This document shows, in pieces, positions 36,952 to 48,968 of a DNA stretch of 64,000 bases. Within the stretch, counting starts at the first letter, position 1, and each line of letters opens with the position of its first letter. Origin of the DNA: Mizuhopecten yessoensis (lineage: Eukaryota); assembly GCF_002113885.1 (NCBI RefSeq), contig NW_018408296.1:253854-317853 (forward strand), written 5' to 3'. The position numbers and the translations under genes are program-made. The notes beneath the pieces are model-generated. The model ran no database searches and was not told the DNA's origin. It saw nothing but the letters and a program-made list of their open reading frames with translations.

Positions 36952-39080
36952 TGTTGATCAGTGCAGTGTAACAGACGATATTTCTGATAAATTGCACGAG
37001 CGTTAAATTGTTTCCATTGCCAGCATTGGTGATTTCAACCGATGTGCATTTTGTACGAGATTGCAGACCTTGGTCTTGTTTTAGTTGTAATAAAAGTATT
37101 TACAAAATTACGTAAATTTACAATGACAATGTCAAGTCTCACAATGCCCAGCGATATTTCAGCAGCCGTCATGTTTATTTACATTGGATATTGTAGTTCC
37201 GGTCAGTGTTGTATCAATACGCTAAGAATTGTGTCTCGTGATGCATGGTAATTAAAGTCCCATCAACGACACAGCTTTCAAAGAGGCCATATAGTGACAA
37301 TGCCATGCAAATGTAAATATATTACCCTACATCTTAGTCTGGCTGGTCAATAGCCAGAATCGGTATCGGCAATGTCTTACAAATAAAACCCTTCATGCCT
37401 TACGTCAACTGATTAAGACGCCCCTTGTTCTGTGGGCGTTTGTGATGGCTATAGCTGATTATGTCCTTATCAAGTCTGAACAAGAAACGTCACATGAATA
37501 TCAGATTTGCCTCGGACGGTTTGTTGCACGTACCGTTTCATAGGCAATTTTCTGCAATAGGACAAGACATTATGATATTATGAATAACTCTCGGTCTTCA
37601 CTATCTCACTCATAAGAAAAATGAATGAATGAATGAATAAATAGGATTGTTTTTATAATATTTGTATTGGAATTCTTTTGGAATCGTTTCATTTAATTTA
37701 AATGTTTGTATAACGGGCGATTTCCTACTCTTCTGAGACGCGGCTTCTTTCAGCAACGGATAACCTTGGAGTTTTATCGTTCCATAGGAAAGAGATAAGT
37801 TTTTAGTGTGTTTTTGTTCGATTTTGTAATGCAGGCTTTTTCAAAAGGTGATACATGTATGACTCACATGCTACAAGATATAATTTTTCTGCCATAATAA
37901 AGAGACAGGTTGATGTTTTTAGAGAAATACGTACTGCACGTTGGAGTTCAGGGGAGATGGCGCTTCACTTGGCAGAATATATAAAAACGTTATGCTTTAT
38001 AAAACATTACAATGTACATTAAAATATCAAGTTTGAGAATATATAACACGAATTTATGTACGATAAAATACAACGAAATTTCCATTGCAAATTTTATTCG
38101 TGATGTTGCTTTCAATTGAAATGACTACTTGGCTTATTAAACACAGCGGCAGCGCTGTGAATTGATTTCTACTTGCAGCAACAGGTAGGGGATTATAGAA
38201 CGTACGTACAGTGACGACATTGACCTCCTTGAGGTCATTGACATGCTGACCACATGAACAATTCCTAGCAATCAACTTACCGGGACTGACAACGACGCGC
38301 TGAATGTGGGGCGATGTCACACCATGTTCAAAGTAATGACAGCTACATGCTGGGATTTCCACTCGCGTGAATTGTCTTGCGTGATCACTTTCAGACAATT
38401 ACAATAATTGCATGTCATACACGTCTCGTCTGCCACTCCATTGACTTTCCTCTTTGACTTATCGTGGGAGTTCGAGCTAAATTATCTTTTCTTGAACAAA
38501 ACAAACAATACCCTGGTTACGCAAGTGTGTAGACATTTGATGCACAGTCAACTTGATAAAACTGATACATTCAGCAATATCAATATTTAATATTCCAACG
38601 GAACGGCTCTTTTGGCGAAAACTCAAGAAATCTTCACAATAGTTTCATAAAACTGACACCATTTTACTTAATCGATATCCGTTACAAAAATTTTCCAGAC
38701 ACTGTCATTTAAATCGTTCTTGAAAACATCCCCACCCCTAATCAACTTGTCCAAACGTTTATCCTTGCACTACAATGTAACTTATATCGTAGAGTTAGAG
38801 ATAGAGGTTGTAGTGTCGTAGACAGTTTTTATATTAAACGTTTTTTTGAATTGGTTTATGTACATTTCGAGGGTTATCAGAAAATAAACCAAACCTACAG
38901 TTAGTCCAACTTCAGAGAAAAAACAACTTAAAACATTTCATGGCCAATTCACATAAACACGTTATAAGTGTAGCGTATAAATACGATTTAAACACAACAA
39001 AATCAGTGAAAGGATATTTCGGTAGAACACGTAATTAGATTTAACAGCGTTACCTTTATGAACTTGTGATCAAAAATAAG

Positions 39081-39428
39081 AATAATTTATAATAATAATT
39101 CGAGGTTCTTATATACCGCTTTATCACAACCTAGTTCGTAGGTCGTCTTAAAGCGGTTCATAAATTATTATCCGTGGTTATAGGGCCTTTGCAACCAGCC
39201 AACATATTTCTCAACTCCCTGGGGAGCATACAACCGGTGCTGCCATTTCGGCGCTCACAGCTAGCTTCCACAATTCTAGCACTGCCCAACCACGTACTCT
39301 TTTATAGCTGATCAGTAGACTGAAACAAGTAGAGTGAAGTATCTTGCTCAAAGATACAACACAGTGCCGTGACTCGAACCTGCAATCCTTCGGTCACGAG
39401 CTCGGCGTCCTACCACTACACTGCCTCC
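39081..39428 (-). mobile_element. Full-length tRNA-headed CORE-type SINE
   Basis: Minus strand has head ggaggcagtgtagtggtagg..ggttcgagtc, CORE-like ttgtatctttgagcaagatacttcactc, a 3' part ending ataaagcggtatataaga and an (ATT)n tail. Confidence 0.88.
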
Positions 39429-40770
39429 TAGAACAATGTATCACAGCGTCAAAATTGAAAGGAGCTCTCATGTAGCATCAGGAATCAAGGACATTATACA
39501 ATAAGGGGTTAAGTTTACACCAAAATGATTTTGTTAACATTAATGGGTGCGATTGCAGTTAAATCCTTTACTGTTATTGATATTACATTATAGGTACTCT
39601 GTCACAACCCAAAAATACGTTAAGGCTTATAGTCGCAGCACTTAGTGCTAAAATATCGTCACACCATCTCCAAATGTAAGAAATATGTGTGCACCTCTTA
39701 CTGTAATTACTTTACATTAAAGAGAGCGAATTTCCCCCTAATGTAAAACAAATACATCAAGGGGTTAAGTGCACTCATAAATATGTAAAATGCATTAAGT
39801 GTTGCATAAGATACCTCATGTCCGTTACGTTGTCTGCTCCCCCCGTGGCTACGTCCTTTCAAATCTCTGTACATGAAGATATGTCTGATTGAACACAACT
39901 TCATATGGCACAATAAAGTCATAAATGAGATTTAAGACATATATACACATAAAAGAAAGTGATGGATTAGACGAAAATATGAAATGTTTAAACACGTTCT
40001 GGCTCATAAAAATGTTTTTTTTGTCAATATGTTTTTGCAATACATACTGTAACAGATATGCTTTACTTTGTATTATCTGGTTGTAGTAGATGGCCCTTTC
40101 TCCATACTAAAATGGTTATTCTGTAACAGCTGTCCTCTGCAATGTGTTCTTACTGGTCATTCTGGAATCGATTCTATACCTGAGGTCATTAATAGACAGA
40201 GGAAAAGATCAAAGAGATTTAAGCCAAACAATACTGCTAATTCTCATGGTACACGGTTAAAACACGTTTTCGCTGATGATTTGTAATGTGATTTTCTTAG
40301 TATAATCGACAGCGTTTCCGGTGAGATATCTTACTGGCCGAATTACACATATAGACGTAAATAGCATTGTTGAACTAATAATAAAATTTCACCGACAAGA
40401 TTGTATTTGTGACTAGAAATACGGAAATAGACGATTGATATAATCTATCGCTCCTGAGTGATATAGATCGATAAATCTATTGTTATAGATGGATATAGAG
40501 GCAGAGTGTCTGCCTGCATCCATTATGTATCCTATTGTAAATATCTTACACGAGTGAACATGTCTTTACTGCCTAGCAAGATAGCCATGAGATAAACAGA
40601 TGTAGTAAAGGCATCGAAGGGACAAGCAGGCAATTCGTATTTGTTTTCGTACAAATATCACGCATAGATTTATCAAACGGCGACGAAGGAAAGACAAAAT
40701 AATTCGGGCCTGTTGACCTTCAGCTTTGATTTCACCGTACATAGCCATACGACTAAATCATCGCGGTACT

Positions 40771-40878
40771 ACGCTTGACAAGACTGTTCTGCGTAGCTTA
40801 CGCGCTTGACACTCCCTTTCCAGTGGAAATTGTGCTTGACCGCCGCGTGACCTCTTGATCAGGAATTGCTTATAAAAA
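40771..40878 (+). promoter_or_regulatory. Candidate core promoter: three phased GCTTGAC motifs upstream of TATAAAAA
   Basis: GCTTGAC at 40773, 40804 and 40834, TATAAAAA at 40871, locally CpG-rich. Confidence 0.3.
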
Positions 40879-41127
40879 GGTCGTTTATAGAACCGTTTTA
40901 AGGAACAAGATAAGATTTAGAAAAGATAAAAGAGTTATGTTTGCGTAAAAATAAGGTCGTCTAAGGAGATGCTGGAATATCAGTACATGTATCATCATAA
41001 AGGTTATATTTTATTGATACAATTATTATATATTATATCATAGATTACCGAGGTGACCTGCTAGTTTTTATCATTTGTAACATTTTGAAACCGCTGTTTG
41101 GTCATTTCATCATCCCGGTATTTTATA

Positions 41128-42586
41128 TTTAGCTCACCGGGTCTGAAGGAACAATGTGAGCTTATGCCATACCGTGGCGTCCGTCGTCCGTTAGTCAACA
41201 ATTTCTTCAAACGACTTCTTCTTCTTCTTAACCACCGATTAAAATTAAACTGACTGACTGGAAGCTTCCCTAGGTGGTAGGGATTCAAAATTGTACAAAT
41301 GGTAGGGCTGAGCCCCAAGGGAGCTGAGGGGCGGAGCCAAAAGGGGTCAATTTGCTTATATTGCTATAAACGACTTCTTCTGTAGAACTAAGAGATGAAT
41401 ATCAACCATATTTGAGTGGAAGCATTCCTAGATAGTGAGGATTCAACAGTGTACAAATGGTGGGGCTGACCCCCCAGGGAGGCTGAGGGGCGGGGCCAAA
41501 AGGGGACAATTTAGCTTTATTGCTATAAACGACTTCTATCATATTTGGCCAGAAGCATTCATGGGAAGCGGGGATTCAAAAGTGTACAAGTGCTGAGGCT
41601 GACCCCCAGGGGGCTGAGGGGTGGGGCCAAAAAGGGTTATTTTGCTATTTTGCTTTAAGCGACTTTTCTCTGGAACTTAGAAATGGGTATCAAACATATT
41701 TGACTGGAAGCATCCCTAGGTAGTGAGGATTCAAAATTGTACAAATGGTGGGGCTGACCCCCAGGGGGCGGAGGGGCGGGGCCAAATTTGGTTGGAAAAA
41801 TTCATGGGAGGCGGGGATTCAAAAGTGTACAAATGGTGGGGGGTAGTTTATTACTTGGAAATGGTTGAGATTCCAACCTATAACCATATATTCATGTATA
41901 ATTGCTGAGTATAAAGATAAGAATGCACATATGCTTCCAGGATGGCCTTTGGATTTGGCCCCACCGTTAGAGACATAGTCCCTGGGTCATAACTTTGAAA
42001 CGGTTGAGATCCCCACCCCAAAACTGTATATACAAATGTTAGGCATAAAGAGACGAATGCAGTCATGATATTAGAATAGACTCTGGGGTCTGGCAAAACC
42101 CCTAGGGACCTTGTTTCTGAGTCACAGCTTGGAAACAGTTAAGAACCCCACCCAAAATCATATATACAATTGCTGAGTATAAAGAGACGAATGCACATAT
42201 GCTTCCAGGATGGTACCGGGGTCTGCCCTACCCTTGGAGACTAAACTCCTGGGTCATAACTTCGAAATGGTTCAGATCCCAACCCCAAAATTATATATAT
42301 ACAATTGTTGGGCATAAAGAGGTGAATGCAGTCATGATATTAGAATTGATCCTGGGGTCTGGCCAGAACCTTAGGGACCTAGTTTCTGAGTCACATCTTG
42401 GAAACAGTTAAAATCCTCACCCCATAACTATACATAACATTGTTGGGCACGCAAAATCTAATACAGATATGCTACAAGGATTGGCCTTGGGGTCTGGCCC
42501 ATTCCCTTGGATCTTGTTTGGAGAATATTTTGCCATGATTGCTTAGATATCCAGATGAGCGATACAGGCCATCTGGGCCTCTTATT
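41128..42586 (+). mobile_element. HINE/DINE-1-like non-autonomous Helentron with two internal tandem arrays
   Basis: 5' tttagctcacc..gtgagct stem and gtcc-type microsatellite seed, about 150-160-bp repeats (41260-41840), a second repeat family (41890-42500), and 3' ccagatgagcga plus palindrome aggccatctgggcct and TT. Confidence 0.88.
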
Positions 42587-45500
42587 GATTACCGTTTGGT
42601 AATTTATAAAAACCTTCATCATACTTAATGTCGCCAAAAATATTGTAGTGTTTGAGAGTGAAAATCATCGATGTCGTTAAATCATGTGTGTTAATAACCA
42701 TACAAACACATTCAAACTTCGTTAAACTGCCACCATTTGTCCAGAAAAAAAAAAGAAAATGATTGGTTGTAAGTGTGGTGGCAAATGAAACGAATCGCGT
42801 TTTAGTAAGGAGGTTAAACAGAAAAATATTTGCGAGGAGTAAATGATACCTACGGGACACAATGTGAACTCTATGGAGATATGGTGTATAAATACATCAC
42901 AAACTGACCCGAGGTCAAGATAAGATTGTAGACTTACAGCTGAAAGTTTAAAGAAGGACGATTACTATAGCATACAAGCACAAATACCATGCGGCATGCA
43001 ATGCAAGGCGAACCCAGAAAATGGTTCAAATTGTATATCTGCCTGGGGCATTTGTAAGATTGAGTTTAAAGACAAGGACACTGGTGAGAGTATGATTCCC
43101 TTTATTGAAAGTTACACGTTTTCTTATCAATACAAAACAAACATGCATGTATTATGGTGTAATAGATAACGAGGGAGAAACAAGAAAGTCACTTCGACAA
43201 AAGTCATGATATGTGTAAGTTCTATGTACACGTTTTCGTGAAAAGGCCATTATTGATAAATTATACAGACAGGGCAGAAAAACAAGAATGTTGCATGTTA
43301 CAAAAATTATATCAGCATACGACTTTATCAAAATTAGATTGAGTTTTAAGAAGAAAAATTGTAGTTTGTTTAACTGAAATCCTTTTATTTTATAAAAAAA
43401 ACTGTCAAAAATAATGTTAGTTTAGGAAAAGATCAACAGACGTGCGCGTGTTATAAGGAATATGTTACGAGGATGAGGAATCGTAAGAAAATAAAAGGTG
43501 AGCGCTGCTTCGGAAAAAAAGCGGTGGCATGCTGAAGTTCTACAAATACGTATTTGTCAAAAAGGCTCTGGAAGATTTAATGTCAAAGTATGAAGACCGA
43601 CACGCGTTAAGTCTTTATTATTTGACAAAGAGACAAATGAAGCTGTGAGCTAATAGAAAATGTACCTTTACTTATTTATTCACCAGACAGTGGACATTGA
43701 CATGCCATAACTACAAAAATGTCTCTGTCGTAAATTGTTTTGCTTGCAGGTTTATTATGGTAACAGTCCACAGGTTGCCCAACTAGTCGATCTGGGTAGA
43801 AAGACGTAGGTAAGGTTGTTGGTGACCATTATGTACCTACCACATGTGTTGCAGGAAACGCTTGCCCATCCGGATTGCCTGGTTCCGCTTCCGACTTTCA
43901 GGTTAAGCATCAAAATGTACTTCCTTTTGTTTTGGCGTCGTCTCTGACCCTACAGTATTTGTTGTTCTTTAACAATTTTGAGTGAAGACTCAAATGTTCT
44001 CTGTAAAGGATTTTGAAAAGGCTTTTATTTTCGTACAGTAGCATTAAAATCCTAATATGACTCAGGCATGGCCCGGAGAGAGCGCAGCTCGTACTTTTGT
44101 TTCGATAGTATACTATAATTTTTGAATCATAACATTATATTACCCATTTTAATACATACAAAATTTACCTGTAATTGTGTTTTTTTTATAATATTCTTGA
44201 ATCTGTTGCTGGGCAAAATCATTCAGTTTGAAAACAGGCATTGCCTGAAACGAGAGAAGCGTCTAAATGCTGTTTTTTTCAATTTTATTTTCTAAATAAC
44301 ATTGTTTAAAATATTATCTATTTATTCGTTTTATAGCGATAAATGTAAAATTAATAATAAGTAAAGAAAAGCATTCGAATGAATTATGCAGTTCAAGAGA
44401 AAACACAAATGCATTTGGTACTGTTGCATTTAATTGCCCCGTCTATGGCCTCAGCGTAATGTTGCGGAAAGAGTGAGGCCCAGCAGAGGGACTTCGTTCA
44501 TATTTGAAGATGTATTGTTTATCAAATGTAACTGTTATTATCTGTTATAATAAAATTTAAGTATATTGGTGATTAAATTCCAATTTTATTTTCCGACATG
44601 ATATACTTTGCCAGATCCCTCTAAATCGTGTAAAAAGAGAATCACAATAGCCCAAACATATCCGGATTTCCGTCTGGTTTGGTAGTTACTATATACTTCC
44701 GGTTTGGGTGGAGAGAAGAAAAGACTGAAAATTTGAATGAAGCTTCAGTTTCTATAATTTTTAATGTCATGAATTTACAAAACCACAGAAAAAAATTATC
44801 AAATAAAGAGATATTTTTGAGAATGTGTAGAAAAGCTAAACAACATCGTAAAAATAGGACCGCGGTAACTCTTTACTAGCTACTTCCGTGACGAAGGATT
44901 TTGGAAGCAAAGTATTTCGACGTTACCATGACTTCAATTGTTCGTACACATGTTACATGTACCGGAAAAGAGCTTCGCTTCTTGCACCTTCGGCGCAAGA
45001 AGAGCTGCGCTCTTATTACAAATGACAAAATGTCAGTGCATCTTACAAATATGTGTACGTGTCGGTGGTTCATGCCAATAAATGTGACATTCTCTTGAAG
45101 ATGGGTTGATATATTGCTGTTTTTGGACCTTTTGTTTATAGAGTTGTACATGCTGGTATATAAATCTGTTAATTTTCCTGTCATTTAAATGAATTTGAAG
45201 ATGTTATTTTTTTTAATTTCTTTTTAGATTTGTCCCAACCTTAACAGATTTCCCCTTGTTTTCTTCCCTTCTAATTAAAACAAGTTATACACTACATGAG
45301 CAAGACATTGACTCATTATTGTAACGGTTGAAAACTCGGAAATCAAGTCTCAAAAAATAACAAACAGCGGTTATCCATCATTTCCACTAGGAGTCCCAGG
45401 AAACAAAACAAAAAATCTACAAATCGACATACCTATGAGAGCTTCAAAGAACATTGCTCAATTAAAGAAATACCGGGTAGTATCAATCCAAACAACAACG

Positions 45501-45871
45501 ATGTATAGCTTGCCTTGGAATGACCAAATGACAACCTTGTAGTGAATTTTAGGTGAACTTGTGGCGGCCTTGTGAACGTCCTTAACCCGTCCGTCACATT
45601 GACAGTAAGCACGTTGTTGTGTCATTGGCCACTTTGAAGATTCCATCAGCCAAATGCATTAGGCGGCATCGACGCATATGATACGATTATGCTCACCATT
45701 CCACTGCTCGATAGATTCTTCAGAGAAGACAATTAATAGCTGTGTCCCGGTAAGTTAGCTGTAAGTAGTAAAATTAAGATGTCCACAAGAAAATCGCACT
45801 AAACTGGTAATACATTTTAAGCATGTCTTCCTGCATGATAGCGTTTACGGTAAAACTTTTTGAAAAAACTT

Positions 45872-46600
45872 ACCACAGTGTCAAACAACAAGGGCAAGAT
45901 ATACCACAGCGGCAACTCACAAAGATAAGATATACCACAACGACAACTCATAAGGACAAGATATATCACAGCGGCAACTCACAAAGATAAGATATACCAC
46001 AGCGACAACTCACAAAGACAAAATATACCACAGCGGCATTTCACAAAGACATGATTTAACACAACGACAGCTAAAAAGACAAGATATACCACAGCGGCAA
46101 CTCAAAAAGACAAGATATACCACAGCGGCAACTCAAAAAGACAAGATATACCACAGCGGCAACTCACAAGGGCAAGATATACCACAACGGTAACTCACAA
46201 AGATAAGCTATACCACAGCGGCAACTCACAAGGACAAGATATACCACAGCGACAACTCACAAGGATAAGATATACCACAACGGTAACTCACAAAGATAAG
46301 ATATACCACAGAGACAATTCATAAAGACAAACTATACAAGCGTCAACACACAAGAACAAACTCTACCACAATGTTAGCTCTCAAGGACAACCTTTACCGC
46401 AGCGTGAGCACACAGCGGCAAATTATAACACAGTGTCAACACACAACGACAAATCATTGCACAGTGTCAACACACAGCGACAGAATACACCACAGTGTCA
46501 ACATTCAACGTAAACACACAGAGAAGATATAACACAGTGTAAACACACCAGGACAGAATTTACAACAGTACCACTTCACAAAGACTACACGTCTCGCAGT
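45872..46600. repeat. 31-bp minisatellite: about 14 conserved copies, then a degenerate tail
   Basis: Unit accacagcggcaactcacaaagataagatat. Confidence 0.95.
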
Positions 46601-47062
46601 GTTAACAAAAAATGATAATAATTAAACAAACATACATGTATAGGTACGTTATCTTTTGCATAAATCTTTTAATTTCTGATAAACCATCAGAAAACCGTAC
46701 CATTTTCGCTCTTTCGAAATAATTATGTACTTGTAAAATGTGTTTATGATCTAGAAAAATCTACTGTACCTATTGCTGTATTCGCTGTGTCAATGTCGAT
46801 GTAAACCAAAATAGCGGATAAACGTTGGAAGGAAAACGTTATTCATTATGTGTACATGGGTTACATGTATGTGAAAATTATACCCGAGGGTATCAAAACC
46901 GGGACTTGTCGAGACATGGAAATAAAGACATGACATTCTAAATGGTGTATAATAAAACCTTCAAGATTCCTGCTGACGCAAATAAAATTGATGAAAACCG
47001 TCATAAAGAACACCTGGTCCATTTTTTTTTTTATTTCCTTCTTTTTGTGTGGCGTTCACACT

Positions 47063-47729
47063 TTCTCCCCCATCAGACAGTGGTATCCACACTTCCGGTC
47101 AGAAAAAAGATTGATATAATCATCATTCCGTGTCCTGAGGAAAATAAAGAAAAAAAATCTAACCCAAGGTGCAGGATAGGATTCTTAGCTGTATAGCATG
47201 AAGCTTCAGCGAGGGCAAGACTTTAAAGAATCTTCCGCCGGAGGTTGATAATTTTTCTGTCTTACTCATTAAGTGGGGAATGATATTTTTCTGTCTTACT
47301 CATTAAGTGGGGTATGATATTTTTCTGTCATACTCATTAAGTGGGGAATGCTATTTTTCTGTCTTACTCATTAAGTGGGGAATGATATTTTTCTGTCCTC
47401 CTCATTAAGTGGGGAATGATATTTTTTCTCCAATAGCAATTGTGGCAATTTCGTGAAATGCAAACAATGATTTCATAACTTCAAGCCGATCGGAGTAATC
47501 TTCCATGATCTACTATTGTTGGCGTGACGTCCTTGCATTGTTGACTTGACGTCAGTGCAGTGTTGACATGACGCCAGTGCAGTGTTGACATGGCACGGAA
47601 CACCGTCTTTACTCTATGGCAAGACTGTGATACCAGAAGTGTGAACACAAAGTATATCCGTCAAATGGAGGAGAAAGACATTTCTTTCACTGACCGGAAG
47701 TGTGGATATATCTGACTAATGGGGGAGAA
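47063..47729. mobile_element. Non-autonomous element with about 45-bp inverted ends and an internal 34-bp array
   Basis: ttctcccccatcagacag..tatccacacttccggtcag / ctgaccggaagtgtggata..ctgactaatgggggagaa. Five copies of atttttctgtcttactcattaagtggggaatgat at 47251-47424. Confidence 0.8.
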
Positions 47730-48846
47730 CATTCTGTGTCACCCTAGGGTAAAAAAAGAAATTAACATCGCGTTAACAATTCATTGACTTCACACCGACA
47801 ATATCAGACCACAGCATATGACTTATTGGATATGCTGGAAAATTATTCAATGAACGCTAGTGTTTCATTCAACCATTCTTGTATTTGAGGCGAGAGAAAA
47901 ACAATCATTCCCCAGTTTTGGAGTAAGGCAGACAAAATACCCACAATTGGGGTGAGATTTATTTGTAAGAGGAGGGCAAGAAAATTGATAATCTTACCAT
48001 TTTAGATCATTTTATTCTGTCTAACCCCCTTGGCGGGACAATATCCTGTTAGTCTTCCTTGTTTGTTTGATGTCTTCTGAGTTGTTGTTTTTCATCTTTC
48101 TGAATTGACTTTAAGTTCAGATTTGTATCCGAGTGCTCGTAAAAACGTCGCTAATGAATCCCTCCACGTTGCTATTGGTAGGCTAGCACGATAAACGTAT
48201 GTAATCGACCAGAATAGGAATGAATGTTACGTCTGGCGAAGACAAGATCTAATCCAGGCAATGAATGTTTAAACTTACAGCCACACTATCGCCATTTCTC
48301 TCCAATGGTACGAGCTATAACGAAAGATGAATTGCACTTGTGAATGCAACGACGAGTTTGGCGGAGCTCTCGACAGTTTGTGACATAAAAACAAATTATT
48401 TATCAGACAATGGGAGGTTCATGTCAATCAAAATGTCCATTACAGATGTCACGAAGAAATTCGTTACAAATCGAAAAAGTTTGATATACGGATACTAAAC
48501 TGAATTCATTGACATATAGTTTAAAGTGTTTCTCGAACAGTGTAATTCCTAGTACATTGGGGAATCAATTGTATGTAGATTTTATGGACTCAATTTTCTG
48601 TACGAGTGATAGCTTCTCAGCTGATTTTGTAAGGTTCAGTGTAATTCGTTTTCAGTATACTGTATCTATTACCCAATTTTATAGCTGCAATCTCCTGTTT
48701 GAGTATTACGTTCGTCTTTGTAACATCAATTTGAGTCTACGAGACCCTAAACCAAATTAAAAGACACTGTGATCCCCAACAAATAAACCAGAGTTGAAAT
48801 AGTATTTTCTGTAGGTTATTGTAAGGAATAGACCTGCTGACTCTAG

Positions 48847-48968
48847 CTGCAGGATATCGTAAGAGGCCACATATATTGAGGCCCCTGCAGGGTATCGTAA
48901 GAGGCCACATATATTGACGCTCCTGCAGGATATCGTACAATGTAAGAGGCGACATATATTGAGGCCCC
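48847..48968. repeat. 38-bp tandem repeat, 3 copies
   Basis: Unit ctgcaggatatcgtaagaggccacatatattgaggccc. Confidence 0.9.

Noticed and set aside
36647-38398. 116-aa and 114-aa minus-strand ORFs as host exons
   Set aside because: No recognisable family. One spans a palindromic repeat and the other reads through a strong splice donor.
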